The notes under the pieces are model-generated. The model was not told the origin of the DNA and made no database searches. It was given only the letters and a program-made list of their open reading frames with translations. A stretch of DNA of 64,000 bases from Aminithiophilus ramosus (GTDB taxonomy: Bacteria > Synergistota > Synergistia > Synergistales > Aminithiophilaceae), in NCBI RefSeq assembly GCF_018069705.1, contig NZ_CP072943.1, positions 2,943,945 through 3,007,944 of the forward strand, written 5' to 3'. Each line of letters starts with the position of its first letter. Position 1 is the first letter of the stretch. Below are positions 9,695-19,363 of this stretch, piece by piece. A program made the translations under genes and the position numbers.

Positions 9695-11029
9695 TCACTT
9701 CCTCCTTCGGGCGCCTGCCGTCCGCTTGGCCTCGCGCAGGCTCTGGACGAGGTAGCGCATGGCCGGGCAGGTGTAGGAGCAGGAGCCGCACTCGATACAG
9801 TCCATGCCGCCTTCGTCGACGAAGGCGTCGTAGTCCTCCAGCAGGGCCAGGCGGTTGAGGCGATTGGGGGCGAGCCCCATGGGACAGACCTCGATGCAGC
9901 GGCCGCAGCGGATGCAATCCTGTTCCGGCTCCGTCAGGGTCATCGACTTGGGCTGGGCCAGGAGGCCCGACGTCCCCTTCACGACGGGAACGTCGAGGCG
10001 CGTCAGGGCGACGCCCATCATGGGACCCCCGGCGATGACCTTGCCCGGCTCCTCCTTGAATCCCCCGGCGGCCTCGACGAGCTGGCTGACGAGAGTCCCC
10101 AGAGGGACGAGGAAGTTACCCGGCGAGACGAAGGCCTCGCCCGTGACGGTGATGACGCGGTCCATGAGGGGACGCCCCTCGGCGACGGCCAGATACATGT
10201 TGCGCACCGTGGCCACGTTCTGGACGAGACAGCCCACGACGCAGGGCAGCTTGCCCGACGGGACGGACCGCCCCGTCACGGCGTAGATGAGCTGCTTTTC
10301 CGAGCCCTGGGGGTACATGACGGGGAGGGCCCGGACCTCGGCCCCGCCGCCCGAGCCCGCGAAGGCCCTGCGCAGGGCCTCGATGGCCTCGGGTTTGTTC
10401 TCCTCGAGGCCGACGACGACGGAGGCCTCGGGGAAGAGAAGCCGAAGGAGCTCCGTCCCCTGGGCGATCTCGTCGGCGTGTTCCCTCATGATGCGGTCAT
10501 CGCAGGTCAGATAGGGCTCGCACTCGGCGCCGTTGAGGATGACCGTGTCGATGGGGGAATCGGGCGGCGGGTTGAGCTTGACCGACGTGGGAAAGCAGGC
10601 CCCTCCCAGGCCGACGATGCCCGAAGATCCGACGAGGGAGAGGATCTCCTCGCGAGAGAGTTCACGCCACCGGGGCCGTTCCTCGAAGGGGACCTCCCTG
10701 GCCTGGCCGTCGCTCTCGATGACGATGGACGGCCCCCGGCCGCCGATGAGAGGACGGACCTCGACGGCTTTGACCGTGCCGGAAACGCTGGAGTGAATCG
10801 AGACGCCCATGCGCCCCTCGGGAGGAGAGGCGATCAACTGACCCCGCAGGACCTCCTGCCCCTTCTCGACGAGGGGAAGGCAGGGGGAACCGATATGCTG
10901 AGCCAGGGGGAAAACGTGAATCCCGCCCGGAGAGAAGGGGACGATCGCCTTCTCACTTGTCAGCTCCTTACCGCCCTCGGGGTGTACGCCGCCCCGAAAC
11001 AACCGGTGCTTCACAGCACCACCTCCCAT
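9695..11029 (-). CDS. rnfC: Rnf complex subunit C (NADH-binding, 4Fe-4S)
   Basis: Glycine-rich nucleotide-binding segment and C-terminal CIRCGRCIEVCP ... CIECGSCSYTCP ferredoxin motifs. Confidence 0.85.
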   Translation of the reverse strand: MGGGAVKHRLFRGGVHPEGGKELTSEKAIVPFSPGGIHVFPLAQHIGSPCLPLVEKGQEVLRGQLIASPPEGRMGVSIHSSVSGTVKAVEVRPLIGGRGPSIVIESDGQAREVPFEERPRWRELSREEILSLVGSSGIVGLGGACFPTSVKLNPPPDSPIDTVILNGAECEPYLTCDDRIMREHADEIAQGTELLRLLFPEASVVVGLEENKPEAIEALRRAFAGSGGGAEVRALPVMYPQGSEKQLIYAVTGRSVPSGKLPCVVGCLVQNVATVRNMYLAVAEGRPLMDRVITVTGEAFVSPGNFLVPLGTLVSQLVEAAGGFKEEPGKVIAGGPMMGVALTRLDVPVVKGTSGLLAQPKSMTLTEPEQDCIRCGRCIEVCPMGLAPNRLNRLALLEDYDAFVDEGGMDCIECGSCSYTCPAMRYLVQSLREAKRTAGARRRK

Positions 11030-11837
11030 TGATTATAGAAAGAAAGCACCAACCCCGAGTCCATGCAGGAACAGAGCTACGCAAGGAAGAGAGGAGGACC
11101 TTTCGCCCCGTCGACGGCGAAAGCCTCCCCTCTGCGCAATCTCACGAGGCCCGGACCCTTTTCGAGGTCATGTTGCCAGAGTACCGGGAAAAAGTCAACG
11201 TGAGACAAAGTTTACAGATGCACAAGAGACAACACAAGAGGGCAAAGACGGGGCATTGCGCACTCGACTGACAACGCCGACGAAGGACCCCGGCGCCATC
11301 GGCCGACGGGCGATCCCCGCCGCCAACGACCTCGACGCCGGAGAGACGGACAGCCGCGGCGAAGCCGACGCCTCACGAGGACGCCCCACAGCCCCGCTCC
11401 GCGAAGGGCAAGGCGCGGGGATCGGTGATCCTCCTGCCACGAACCCTCGCGACGGAGTCGATGGCGTAGCCTCACCCGCGTCCGATTCCCGGGAACGAAA
11501 AGCCCGACGGACGCCTCGACGTGGCGAGGGGACCGTCGGGCCTCTCCGAAAAAAGGTTGGTTGCGCCTGCCCCGGGGGCTGTCGGACGTCTCCGGGAAAA
11601 GGTTGATTGGGCCTGCTCTCTCGGACTAAGATCGCGACTTCAAGAACAAAAGATTTCCTCTGGATAGCACAAAAGGGCATCGATCAACGATCGTCAGGCC
11701 GAGCCCGACGGGCCCCTAGGATGAAAAGCCGGGCTTCGAGGTCAAAGAGTCTCTTCCGGACAGCACGAAGGGCTATTGGCTGGCAGGCATCGGTCCACGT
11801 CCGACGGGCTTCTCGACGAACCGACTGGCTGAAGCCG

Positions 11838-12974
11838 TCAGCCGATGACGAGGCTTTCCAGATCTTTCGGATAGGATGTGACCTGTCTGGCCCCCCCGGC
11901 CGTGACGATGACGGTGTCGGAGTGACGGAAGCCCCCCCGGCCCCGCAGATAGAAGCCGGGTTCGATGGACAGGGCCATGCCCTCCTTCAGGACAACGTCG
12001 TTGTCGAAACGAAGCGACGGCTCTTCGTGGGAGGTGACGCCGATGCCGTGGCCCGTACGGTGGTCGAAGGCCTCGCCGAATCCGGCCCCGTCGATGACGC
12101 GCCTGGCGGCTCCATCGACGTCGCCGGCCCGGACTCCCGGCCTGACGGCCGCGACGGCCGCCGCCTGGGCCTCGGCCATGACGGCAAAACACCGACGTTG
12201 GAAGGGATCGGCCGATCCGACGAAAAAGGTCCTTTCGCATTCGGCCCTGTAGCCGTTCAGGCCGACCTGGCGGCTGTGGATGACGCCATCTCCGAGCTGA
12301 AGAGCGCGCGTGCTGGAAAAGACATGCTGCATGGCGCTTCTCTCCCGTCCGGAAGGACTCATGACGAAATGATCCACCGTGGCCGAGGGGAAATCCCTGG
12401 CCACTCGAGCGAAAAGAGCCGACGTGCCGGCCAGATCCAGCTCCATTTCCGTCATGCCCGGACGGGCCCGTTCCAGAGAGGCCCTGAGGGCGTAGCTGAC
12501 GAGGTCTCCGGACAGGGTGATGGCCTCGATTTCCTTGGGCTCCTTGACCGTTCTGGCCAGGGCGATATCACGTCCCACATCGACGAGGACGAAGCCCTTT
12601 TCCTCGAGGAAACGGCCCAGCTCCAGGGGAAGGTATCCCTTCTCGACGCCCAGGCGGCACGAGGGCCTCAGGGGGGAGACAAGGGCGTCGAGAGCCGCCA
12701 GGAAGGAAGATCCTCTGTCGATTCGCTCGGGCGTCTCGTGATAGATCTGAAGACGGTCGGCACGGGCCTCCTTCCGGACGTGCTCCTCCTCCAGGGAAGG
12801 AAGGGCCATGGAGAGCCCGTCGCTTTCGACCAGATAGGCGAAGGGACGGGAATAGATGATGGCCTTGAAGCCGCTGAGATAGAAAAGATCGTCAGGCTGA
12901 AGAATCAACGAGGCCTCGACGTTCCTTTCCTCCATGACCCCTCGCAGGGCACGAAGCCGTTCTTCCGTGTTCAC
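11838..12974 (-). CDS. M24 family metallopeptidase (Xaa-Pro aminopeptidase/prolidase-like)
   Basis: Creatinase N-domain followed by a pita-bread fold with the metal ligands (HGIGHGIGVTSHEEP, ALSIEPGFY). Confidence 0.75.
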   Translation of the reverse strand: MNTEERLRALRGVMEERNVEASLILQPDDLFYLSGFKAIIYSRPFAYLVESDGLSMALPSLEEEHVRKEARADRLQIYHETPERIDRGSSFLAALDALVSPLRPSCRLGVEKGYLPLELGRFLEEKGFVLVDVGRDIALARTVKEPKEIEAITLSGDLVSYALRASLERARPGMTEMELDLAGTSALFARVARDFPSATVDHFVMSPSGRERSAMQHVFSSTRALQLGDGVIHSRQVGLNGYRAECERTFFVGSADPFQRRCFAVMAEAQAAAVAAVRPGVRAGDVDGAARRVIDGAGFGEAFDHRTGHGIGVTSHEEPSLRFDNDVVLKEGMALSIEPGFYLRGRGGFRHSDTVIVTAGGARQVTSYPKDLESLVIG

Positions 12975-12987
12975 CTGACCATCTCCT

Positions 12988-14103
12988 TCAGCTCAGTCTG
13001 TCCGGATTGAGATCCCCCAGGGCCTCGACGACGAAAAGACCGTCCTTGCGGATCAGCCTGTCGTCGAAGTAGATCTCCCCTCCCCCGTATTCCGGCCTCT
13101 GGATGCAGGTGAAATCCAGATGCACCGAGGAGCGGTTGCCGTTGTCGGCATTGGCATAGGCGTTGCCCGGCGTCAGATGGAAGCTGCCGGCGATCTTCTC
13201 GTCGAAGAGGACATCGGCCATGGGGTGGAGAATCTCGGGGTTGACGCCGAGGGCGAACTCGCCGGGGAATCGGGCTCCCTCGTCCGTGTCCAGGATGGCC
13301 TCGAGGCGCGGTCCGTCGTTGCAGGAACAGGCGACGACGCGCCCCTCCCGAAAGACCAGCTCCACATCGGAGAGGACGAAGCCCTCGTAGGGAAAGGGGA
13401 CATTGAAGCGCACCCGCCCCTCGACGGAACCCCGGACCGGCGCCGAATAGACTTCGCCGTCGGGAAGATTGCGGCGACCGGCCAGGGCGACGGCTCCTAT
13501 CCCCTTGATGGAGAAGGCCAGATCGACGCCGGGACCGACGACGCGGACCCGATCGGTCCCCTCCATCAGGTCGACGAGAGGCCTCATGGCCCGCTCCATC
13601 CGGCCGTAGTCGACGAGACAGGCCCCGAAGTAGAAGTCCTCGAAGGCCTTCGTGCTCATTTTGGCCTGTTGGGCCATGGCGTCGTTGGGGTAGCGCATGA
13701 CGCTCCACCGGGTATGGCCGCAACGGCGCTGCAGATGGAGGGGACCGAAGTAGCGGCTCCGGTAGAGGTCGAGCTTTTCCTGAGGCACGTCGCTCCAGGC
13801 GTAGAGGTTTTCCGTCCCCCTGATGTCCACGTAGGCATCCATCTTCTCCATCCGGGCCACCTCGAAGGCGGCGATCTCCTCCAGAAGAGAGGCGTCGGCT
13901 CCCCGCAGAAGGGCCCGCTCCAGACGGTAGTCGTGGCGGTGGACGAAAGGACGGGCCCCTCTGTCGAAGCTCTCCTCGACGACGGCCAAGGCCAGAGGCA
14001 GCCCCTCGCCGTGAAGTTCGACGAGCAGACGGTCCCCGCGCTGCAGTTCAAGGGCGAAATCGACGATATGCCGGGCCAGCAGGCGAACTCTCCCGTCTTC
14101 CAT
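12988..14103 (-). CDS. Aminopeptidase, M29 (AmpS/aminopeptidase T)-like
   Basis: Motifs RRNLPDGEVYSAP and VHLDF resemble the M29 family. Size is consistent. Confidence 0.5.
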   Translation of the reverse strand: MEDGRVRLLARHIVDFALELQRGDRLLVELHGEGLPLALAVVEESFDRGARPFVHRHDYRLERALLRGADASLLEEIAAFEVARMEKMDAYVDIRGTENLYAWSDVPQEKLDLYRSRYFGPLHLQRRCGHTRWSVMRYPNDAMAQQAKMSTKAFEDFYFGACLVDYGRMERAMRPLVDLMEGTDRVRVVGPGVDLAFSIKGIGAVALAGRRNLPDGEVYSAPVRGSVEGRVRFNVPFPYEGFVLSDVELVFREGRVVACSCNDGPRLEAILDTDEGARFPGEFALGVNPEILHPMADVLFDEKIAGSFHLTPGNAYANADNGNRSSVHLDFTCIQRPEYGGGEIYFDDRLIRKDGLFVVEALGDLNPDRLS

Positions 14104-14113
14104 GACGCCCGTC

Positions 14114-15517
14114 CTAGCGGGCCGCCGTCTCCGGCCGACGGCCGGTGACGAGACTGACGACGATCAGGACGAGGATGGACATAGGAGCGGCGACGAGAAT
14201 GGCGTTCCAGCCCAGGGGCCGTTTGAGGACGATCTCCCAGATCAGCACGGCGGCACCGCCCGTAACGATGGAGGCCAGCCCTCCGGCCTTGGAGACGCCC
14301 GGCCAGAGGATGGCCCCGAGAAGGGCCGGAGTGATGGCCGCTCCGTACATGGAATAGGAGTACATCTGCATCTTGAGGATGTCGGGGAAATAGGTCCCGA
14401 TGACGTAGGCCAAAAGCCCCAGGGCGACGATACAGGCCCGGGTGTAGACGATCTTCTCCCGCTCCGTCATATCGGGCTTGAAATACTTCTGGATGATGTC
14501 GTAGACGACGTTCGTGGCCGTAGAGAGGAGAAAAGAGTCGCCCGTCGTGATCATGAAAGCCACGGCCGCCGCCAGGATGACGCCTCCGATGACGAAGGGG
14601 ACGCCGCCCATGGCCATCTGGAGGATGGCCGTGTCGGGTCGGATGCCGGGGAAGAGGACGATGGCCGCCGTGGCGTAGGTGACGGCCAGACCGATGACGA
14701 GCCACTCGCCGATGAAGAAGCCGACGTTGGAGCGGGCCGCCGTCTTGGCGTCCTTGGCGCAGCCGAAGCGTTGGAACATGTTCTGGTCACCGAGGATGAG
14801 GAAAATCAGCGGGAGGATATAGCCCAGAAGCTGAACCGTCGAAAGCCCGCCCGACCAGGAAAGCTGTGCCGGCGAGAGCTGGCCGAGAATGGAGCTCCAG
14901 CTTCCCGCCTTCCCGAAGACGAAGGGCAGTCCGATCCCCATTCCGCCGACGATGAGCAGAGCGCTGAAGAAATCCGTGTAGGCGATCGTCACCATCCCTC
15001 CCGTGACGGCGAGCAGGACCATGACAAAGGCGGAAATGATGGTCCCCGTCTGAAGATCCATGCCCGTCGTCAGGTTGAGGACGTAACCGCCTCCCTTGAA
15101 CTGGTAGGAAATGATCCCCAGATAGGCCAGCATGATGCAGATCGCCGAAAGGAAACGAGCCAGAGAGCCGTAGCGCATCTCCAGAATCTGGGGCACCGTG
15201 TAACGCGCCAGGGCACGCACCTTGCCGGCGACGAAGAAGAGGATGACGATGCCCACAGGGGCTCCGATGAAAAAAAGCAGCCCGGCAAAGGGCCCGTAGG
15301 TGTAGATGAAATTGGCCGATCCGGTGACCGTGCCTCCTCCGACCCAAGTGGCCAGAAGCGTTCCGACGAGGACGAGCAGAGGCAGACGGCGTCCGGCCAC
15401 CATGAAATCATCGCTGTTGCCGACCTCCCGCTTGCCCAGGAAAAGCCCCATGAGAACCAGCAGGACCAGGTATCCTCCGACAAAAAGCAGGTACGACGAA
15501 TCGCTCACCACAGTCAC
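14114..15517 (-). CDS. Sodium:solute symporter (SSS family)
   Basis: About 13-TM protein with the SSS-type N-terminal region (GKREVGNSDDFMVAGRRLP). Confidence 0.75.
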   Translation of the reverse strand: MTVVSDSSYLLFVGGYLVLLVLMGLFLGKREVGNSDDFMVAGRRLPLLVLVGTLLATWVGGGTVTGSANFIYTYGPFAGLLFFIGAPVGIVILFFVAGKVRALARYTVPQILEMRYGSLARFLSAICIMLAYLGIISYQFKGGGYVLNLTTGMDLQTGTIISAFVMVLLAVTGGMVTIAYTDFFSALLIVGGMGIGLPFVFGKAGSWSSILGQLSPAQLSWSGGLSTVQLLGYILPLIFLILGDQNMFQRFGCAKDAKTAARSNVGFFIGEWLVIGLAVTYATAAIVLFPGIRPDTAILQMAMGGVPFVIGGVILAAAVAFMITTGDSFLLSTATNVVYDIIQKYFKPDMTEREKIVYTRACIVALGLLAYVIGTYFPDILKMQMYSYSMYGAAITPALLGAILWPGVSKAGGLASIVTGGAAVLIWEIVLKRPLGWNAILVAAPMSILVLIVVSLVTGRRPETAAR

Positions 15518-15558
15518 TCCCTTTCCTTATCGACCGGAAAAACACCTTTTCCGTCCCG

Positions 15559-16296
15559 TCAGGCACCGCGTTCTTGACGACTCGCCTCCTTCTCTTCCGG
15601 CGACGCGAAATAGAATTCCTCCACAAGCGTTTTCTGACGCTCGTAGTTCCAGTGCACTTCCGCCATGTACAGAGCCGCTCCCTGGCGATCCCCCCGAGCC
15701 AGGAAAGCCACCAGTTCACGGTGTTCCTCAAGAGAGCGGCTCGCCCAGCGCGGCGTGAACCGACGGCGCGCCGGGAAATCGTAGAGCCGCTTTCTCAGCC
15801 TGTCGGCCAACCCCAAAAGCAAATCGTTTTCCGAGACGGAAAGAAGCGTCTCGTGAAAACGACGGTTCAGCTCCCAATATCTCTCGTAGAGCCCCTCCCG
15901 AAGGACCATGGCCGTCTCGGCGTTGACGGCCTCCAGACGGGCCATGCAGTTTCCGCCGATGCGGCCGAAGTCCTGGAGGATCACCGAAGACTCCAAAGCC
16001 CCCAGCACCTGATAGGCATGCGCGATCTCGTCGGCCGTAAGGCCACGGACCTCCACGCCCCGTCGCGGATGAAAGAGGACGAAGCCCTCTCCCTGAAGCT
16101 CGAAAAGGGCATCGCGCAGCGGTGTCCGGCTGATTCCCAGGCGGGCGCTCATCTCCCGGATGTTGATCATCTGGCCGGGGCAGAGACGGCCGGCGGCCAT
16201 CTCCTCTTTCAGGAAATCATAGACCTGCTCCCGCAGAGCCTTGAAATTGAAGGAGACATCCAGAGCCACAGCCACTCCTCCTCGCTTTTCCGCCAT
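15559..16296 (-). CDS. GntR-family (FadR/FCD subfamily) transcriptional regulator
   Basis: N-terminal wHTH (MSARLGISRTPLRDALFELQGEGFV) and C-terminal FCD-like helical domain. Confidence 0.8.
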   Translation of the reverse strand: MAEKRGGVAVALDVSFNFKALREQVYDFLKEEMAAGRLCPGQMINIREMSARLGISRTPLRDALFELQGEGFVLFHPRRGVEVRGLTADEIAHAYQVLGALESSVILQDFGRIGGNCMARLEAVNAETAMVLREGLYERYWELNRRFHETLLSVSENDLLLGLADRLRKRLYDFPARRRFTPRWASRSLEEHRELVAFLARGDRQGAALYMAEVHWNYERQKTLVEEFYFASPEEKEASRQERGA

Positions 16297-16349
16297 GCCA
16301 TTCTCCTGTTGGAATCTGGAATTCCAGATTCCAACAGGAGAATGGCATG
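16294..16349. promoter_or_regulatory. 56-bp perfect palindrome spanning the start codon/RBS and upstream region of the GntR gene
   Basis: Every base 16294-16349 pairs with its mirror partner (CATGCCATTCTCCTGTTGGAATCTGGAATTCCAGATTCCAACAGGAGAATGGCATG). Verified base by base. Confidence 0.7.
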
Positions 16350-16382
16350 CTTTTCTGGTCTTGTCAACAGTTCCGATGCCTC

Positions 16383-16418
16383 AAGAAAAGAGGCGCCCTC
16401 GAGGGCGCCTCTTTTCTT
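16383..16418. terminator. Palindromic terminator-like hairpin downstream of the GGDEF gene
   Basis: AAGAAAAGAGGCGCCCTC / GAGGGCGCCTCTTTTCTT, a perfect 18-bp arm with T/A runs inside the stem. Confidence 0.5.
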
Positions 16419-16448
16419 CCATCCTTGTCTCCTTCGGCTTTGTCTCCT

Positions 16449-17669
16449 TCAGCGGATGCAGCTTCTTCCTGCGGCCTTGGCCCGATAGAGGGCCCCGTCG
16501 GCCGCAGCCAGCAGGGCCTCTCCATCGCGACCGTCTTCGGGGAAGAGGGCGACGCCGATGCTGCACGAAAGAGAGATTCCGTCTGTGGAGGAGCCGATCG
16601 TCTCGATGGCCTCCTTGAGACCTTCCGCCGCCGCCTGCGCGACGCGACGGTCGGCCATCTCTTTCATGAGAACGACGAATTCGTCTCCGCCGAGGCGGGC
16701 CACGACGTCTCCCGGTCCGGCGCTCTCGGAGAGTCTGCGGCCGATCTGACGGAGAAGAGCGTCGCCTCGGCCGTGGCCGAAGGAATCGTTGACCTCCTTG
16801 AAGTGATCCAGGTCGAGATAGGAAAGGGCGAAGGGGTCGCCTTTTTCGAGGAAGTCGCGAAGGGTGGCCATGAGGGCGCGACGGTTCATGAGATCGGTCA
16901 GGTCGTCGCGGCAGGCCTGTTCAAGGGCAGAGGCCTCCCGGTCCTTCTGATCGGTGATATCGACGGCGACGGCCAGGATTTGCGTGACGGAACCTCTCTC
17001 GTCGCGCCGGAAGGGCGTCTCTCTGACGAGGAACGTCCGATACCGGCCGTCGCGGTGACGGAAACGGAGGATGACCTCCGTCGACTGCCCCTCCGCCAGA
17101 GGAGCCAACCGTTCCGGCAGGGCCCGGACGACGGGAAGATCGTCGGGATGGAGGATCGACGCGACGGGAAGGGATCGGCTGCAGCGATACCCCAGAGGGC
17201 TGAGCCCCTCCTGGCTGAGGAGGACGGAACGCCCCTCGGAGACGAAGTAGAGGAAGGCCGCCTGGGGAACGGAGCTGTGAAGCCGCTCCAGGAAGGCCTC
17301 GCCCGCGGCGAGGGCCTCCTCCTCGCCGACGCGGACGCTGATGTCGACGGCCGTCACGTAGAGCCTGGCCCGGCGTTCCTCGCGAAAGAGAGAGAGTTCC
17401 ACCCAGAGCGCCCCCCCCTTTCGACGGCGAAGGCGGACATCGAGCGTCGCCTCTCTCTCGAGACGACGCAGAACGCCCTCGACCAGACGGGCGTCCTCCT
17501 CGTGAACGAGATGGCAGAGCGGCTCTCCCCGAATCTCCGAAAGGGCCATGGCCGTCGCCTCCAGCCAGGCCGGGTTGACGGCAATCAGGCGTGCCCTGTC
17601 GTCGCAGACGGCCATGAGATGGCGGCTGCGCGAGAAAAACTGCTTCAGGTCCTCTCCGGTGATCTCCAT
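16449..17669 (-). CDS. PAS-domain diguanylate cyclase (GGDEF)
   Basis: Two PAS-like segments and a C-terminal GGDEF domain with an intact RLGGDEF motif. Confidence 0.8.
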   Translation of the reverse strand: MEITGEDLKQFFSRSRHLMAVCDDRARLIAVNPAWLEATAMALSEIRGEPLCHLVHEEDARLVEGVLRRLEREATLDVRLRRRKGGALWVELSLFREERRARLYVTAVDISVRVGEEEALAAGEAFLERLHSSVPQAAFLYFVSEGRSVLLSQEGLSPLGYRCSRSLPVASILHPDDLPVVRALPERLAPLAEGQSTEVILRFRHRDGRYRTFLVRETPFRRDERGSVTQILAVAVDITDQKDREASALEQACRDDLTDLMNRRALMATLRDFLEKGDPFALSYLDLDHFKEVNDSFGHGRGDALLRQIGRRLSESAGPGDVVARLGGDEFVVLMKEMADRRVAQAAAEGLKEAIETIGSSTDGISLSCSIGVALFPEDGRDGEALLAAADGALYRAKAAGRSCIR

Positions 17670-17794
17670 GGCCCTTCTCCTCCTGACGGCAGGTTCTGTT
17701 CCGGCCCGGTCATTGTACGTCAGAGCCGGCCCGGACGTCGACGGGTTTCGGCGACGGGCGCGCCGCCGGAGACCGCCGACTCCGAATCCGCAGT

Positions 17795-17905
17795 CTCCTC
17801 AAGACAAACGCCCTCGGCCCCACGGATTCAAGGCCCGTTCAAATCCCTTCGCAGGTGCGGGTTCGAGGCGAGCGTCTCCGTTTTTCAGGCACCTCCTGGC
17901 CGGGC
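17795..17905. repeat. Copy A of a roughly 115-bp intergenic repeat family
   Basis: About 80 percent identical to 60373-60485, including the shared blocks GATTCAAGGC, CGTTC, TGCGGGTTCGAG and GCGTCTCCGT. Confidence 0.55.
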
Positions 17906-18157
17906 CGAAGAGGCTTCCATCCTGTTTTTGCCTGCGGATCCAGGCCGGCAACTCATCCTTGACATGAGGACAGAAAAGGAGAATACTGAGCTCCGATCCC
18001 GCAAGGGGAGTAGCCGCACGTGACGGCATCAACAGCATGGCCGGAAGGCCTGGTGCCGTCGTCGGAGAGAGACCGATCGGCGAGACCTTCGGAGACGACG
18101 CGAGTCGGATTCGAAGGTCTCGCCTTTTGTGCCCGAATCGATACAGAGGAGGAACCG

Positions 18158-19072
18158 ATGATGATCTGGATGAAAATCGTGGCGGGGCTGGCCCTGCTGT
18201 ACGGAGGCGGCGAGGTCCTCGTCGGGGGAAGCACCTCTCTGGCCCGGCGGCTGGGACTCTCTCCCCTCGTCGTGAGCCTCACCGTCGTCGCCTTCGGCAC
18301 GTCGGCACCGGAGCTGGCGGCGGCCCTTTCGGCCACCCTCAGGGGATCGGGCGACCTCGTCATGGGCAACGTCCTGGGATCGAACGTGGCCAACGTGGGG
18401 CTCATCCTGGGCCTGGCCGTTCTGCTGAGGCCCATCGCCGTCGACAGAAGGGCCTTCCGCCGCGACCTGCCCCTCCTCGTCCTGACGAGCCTCATCCTCG
18501 TCGCCCTCCTCTCTTTCGGCGAGATCACCCCCCTCATCGGCCTCCTTCTGCTGGCTCTTCTGGGCACCTACACCCTCTTCACCCTGAAGGGGACGGAACC
18601 CGTCGCCGTCGACGCAACAACCCGCCCCGGCCTCCTTCCCGCACTGGCCGCCGTCGCCGGAGCCGTGGCCCTCCTGGCCCTCGGCGCCGACCTTCTCGTC
18701 GACGGCGCCGTCACCCTCGCCCGCCACCTTGGAGTGGGCGAACACCTCATCGGCCTCACCGTCGTCGCCCTGGGGACGAGTCTCCCCGAACTGTCGAGCT
18801 GCCTCGTGGCGGCCCGGCGGGGCGATTCGGACTTCATCCTGGGCAACCTTCTGGGATCGAACATCTTCAACGTCCTGGCCATCCTGGGCGTCTCGGCCCA
18901 GCTGGGCCCTCTCAAACTCTCCTGGAACCTCTTCGGCCCCGAAGGGTTGGGCCTCGTCGCCCTCTCTCTCCTTCTGGTCCTCTTCTCCTTCACGGGGTTC
19001 CGCCTGGCCCGACGGGAGGGAGCCTGCCTCCTGGCCTGCTACGGCGGCTATCTGGCCCTCCTCGCCGCCTGA
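18158..19072 (+). CDS. Ca2+/cation antiporter (CaCA family, YrbG-like)
   Basis: Two alpha-repeat motifs (GTSAPELAAA and GTSLPELSSC) in a 10-TM protein. RBS GAGGAGG upstream of the ATG at 18158. Confidence 0.8.
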   Translation: MMIWMKIVAGLALLYGGGEVLVGGSTSLARRLGLSPLVVSLTVVAFGTSAPELAAALSATLRGSGDLVMGNVLGSNVANVGLILGLAVLLRPIAVDRRAFRRDLPLLVLTSLILVALLSFGEITPLIGLLLLALLGTYTLFTLKGTEPVAVDATTRPGLLPALAAVAGAVALLALGADLLVDGAVTLARHLGVGEHLIGLTVVALGTSLPELSSCLVAARRGDSDFILGNLLGSNIFNVLAILGVSAQLGPLKLSWNLFGPEGLGLVALSLLLVLFSFTGFRLARREGACLLACYGGYLALLAA

Positions 19073-19110
19073 CGGCCGTTTCTACCTCGACGGCGAGGGA
19101 AAACGCGGAA

Positions 19111-19158
19111 GGGAGCACAAAGGGGGCGCCGCTTTTTCGGCGCCCCCTTTGTGCTCCC
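19111..19158 (+). terminator. Intrinsic terminator hairpin
   Basis: GGGAGCACAAAGGGGGCGCC loop CTTTTTC GGCGCCCCCTTTGTGCTCCC, a perfect 20-bp stem. Confidence 0.6.
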
Positions 19159-19363
19159 TTCCGCCTCCCCTGCCGAGAGGCAGACTCCCTCTGCGGGGGG
19201 AGGACGCGACAGCCTCCGGCAAACCTTTCCGTCCCCGTTGATCTCCGATCCGCCCCTGAAAGGAATACAAATTTGACAACGGAACTTCCCTGACCTACAC
19301 TTTCGACATCACCCCCTGTTTAGGAAATATCTTTTCCAAATAGGAAACAAGGAGAGACGCCCA

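Noticed and set aside
9608-13010. Plus-strand ORFs 9608-11032 and 11607-13010
   Set aside because: Antisense to rnfC and to the M24 peptidase respectively. No domain signal.
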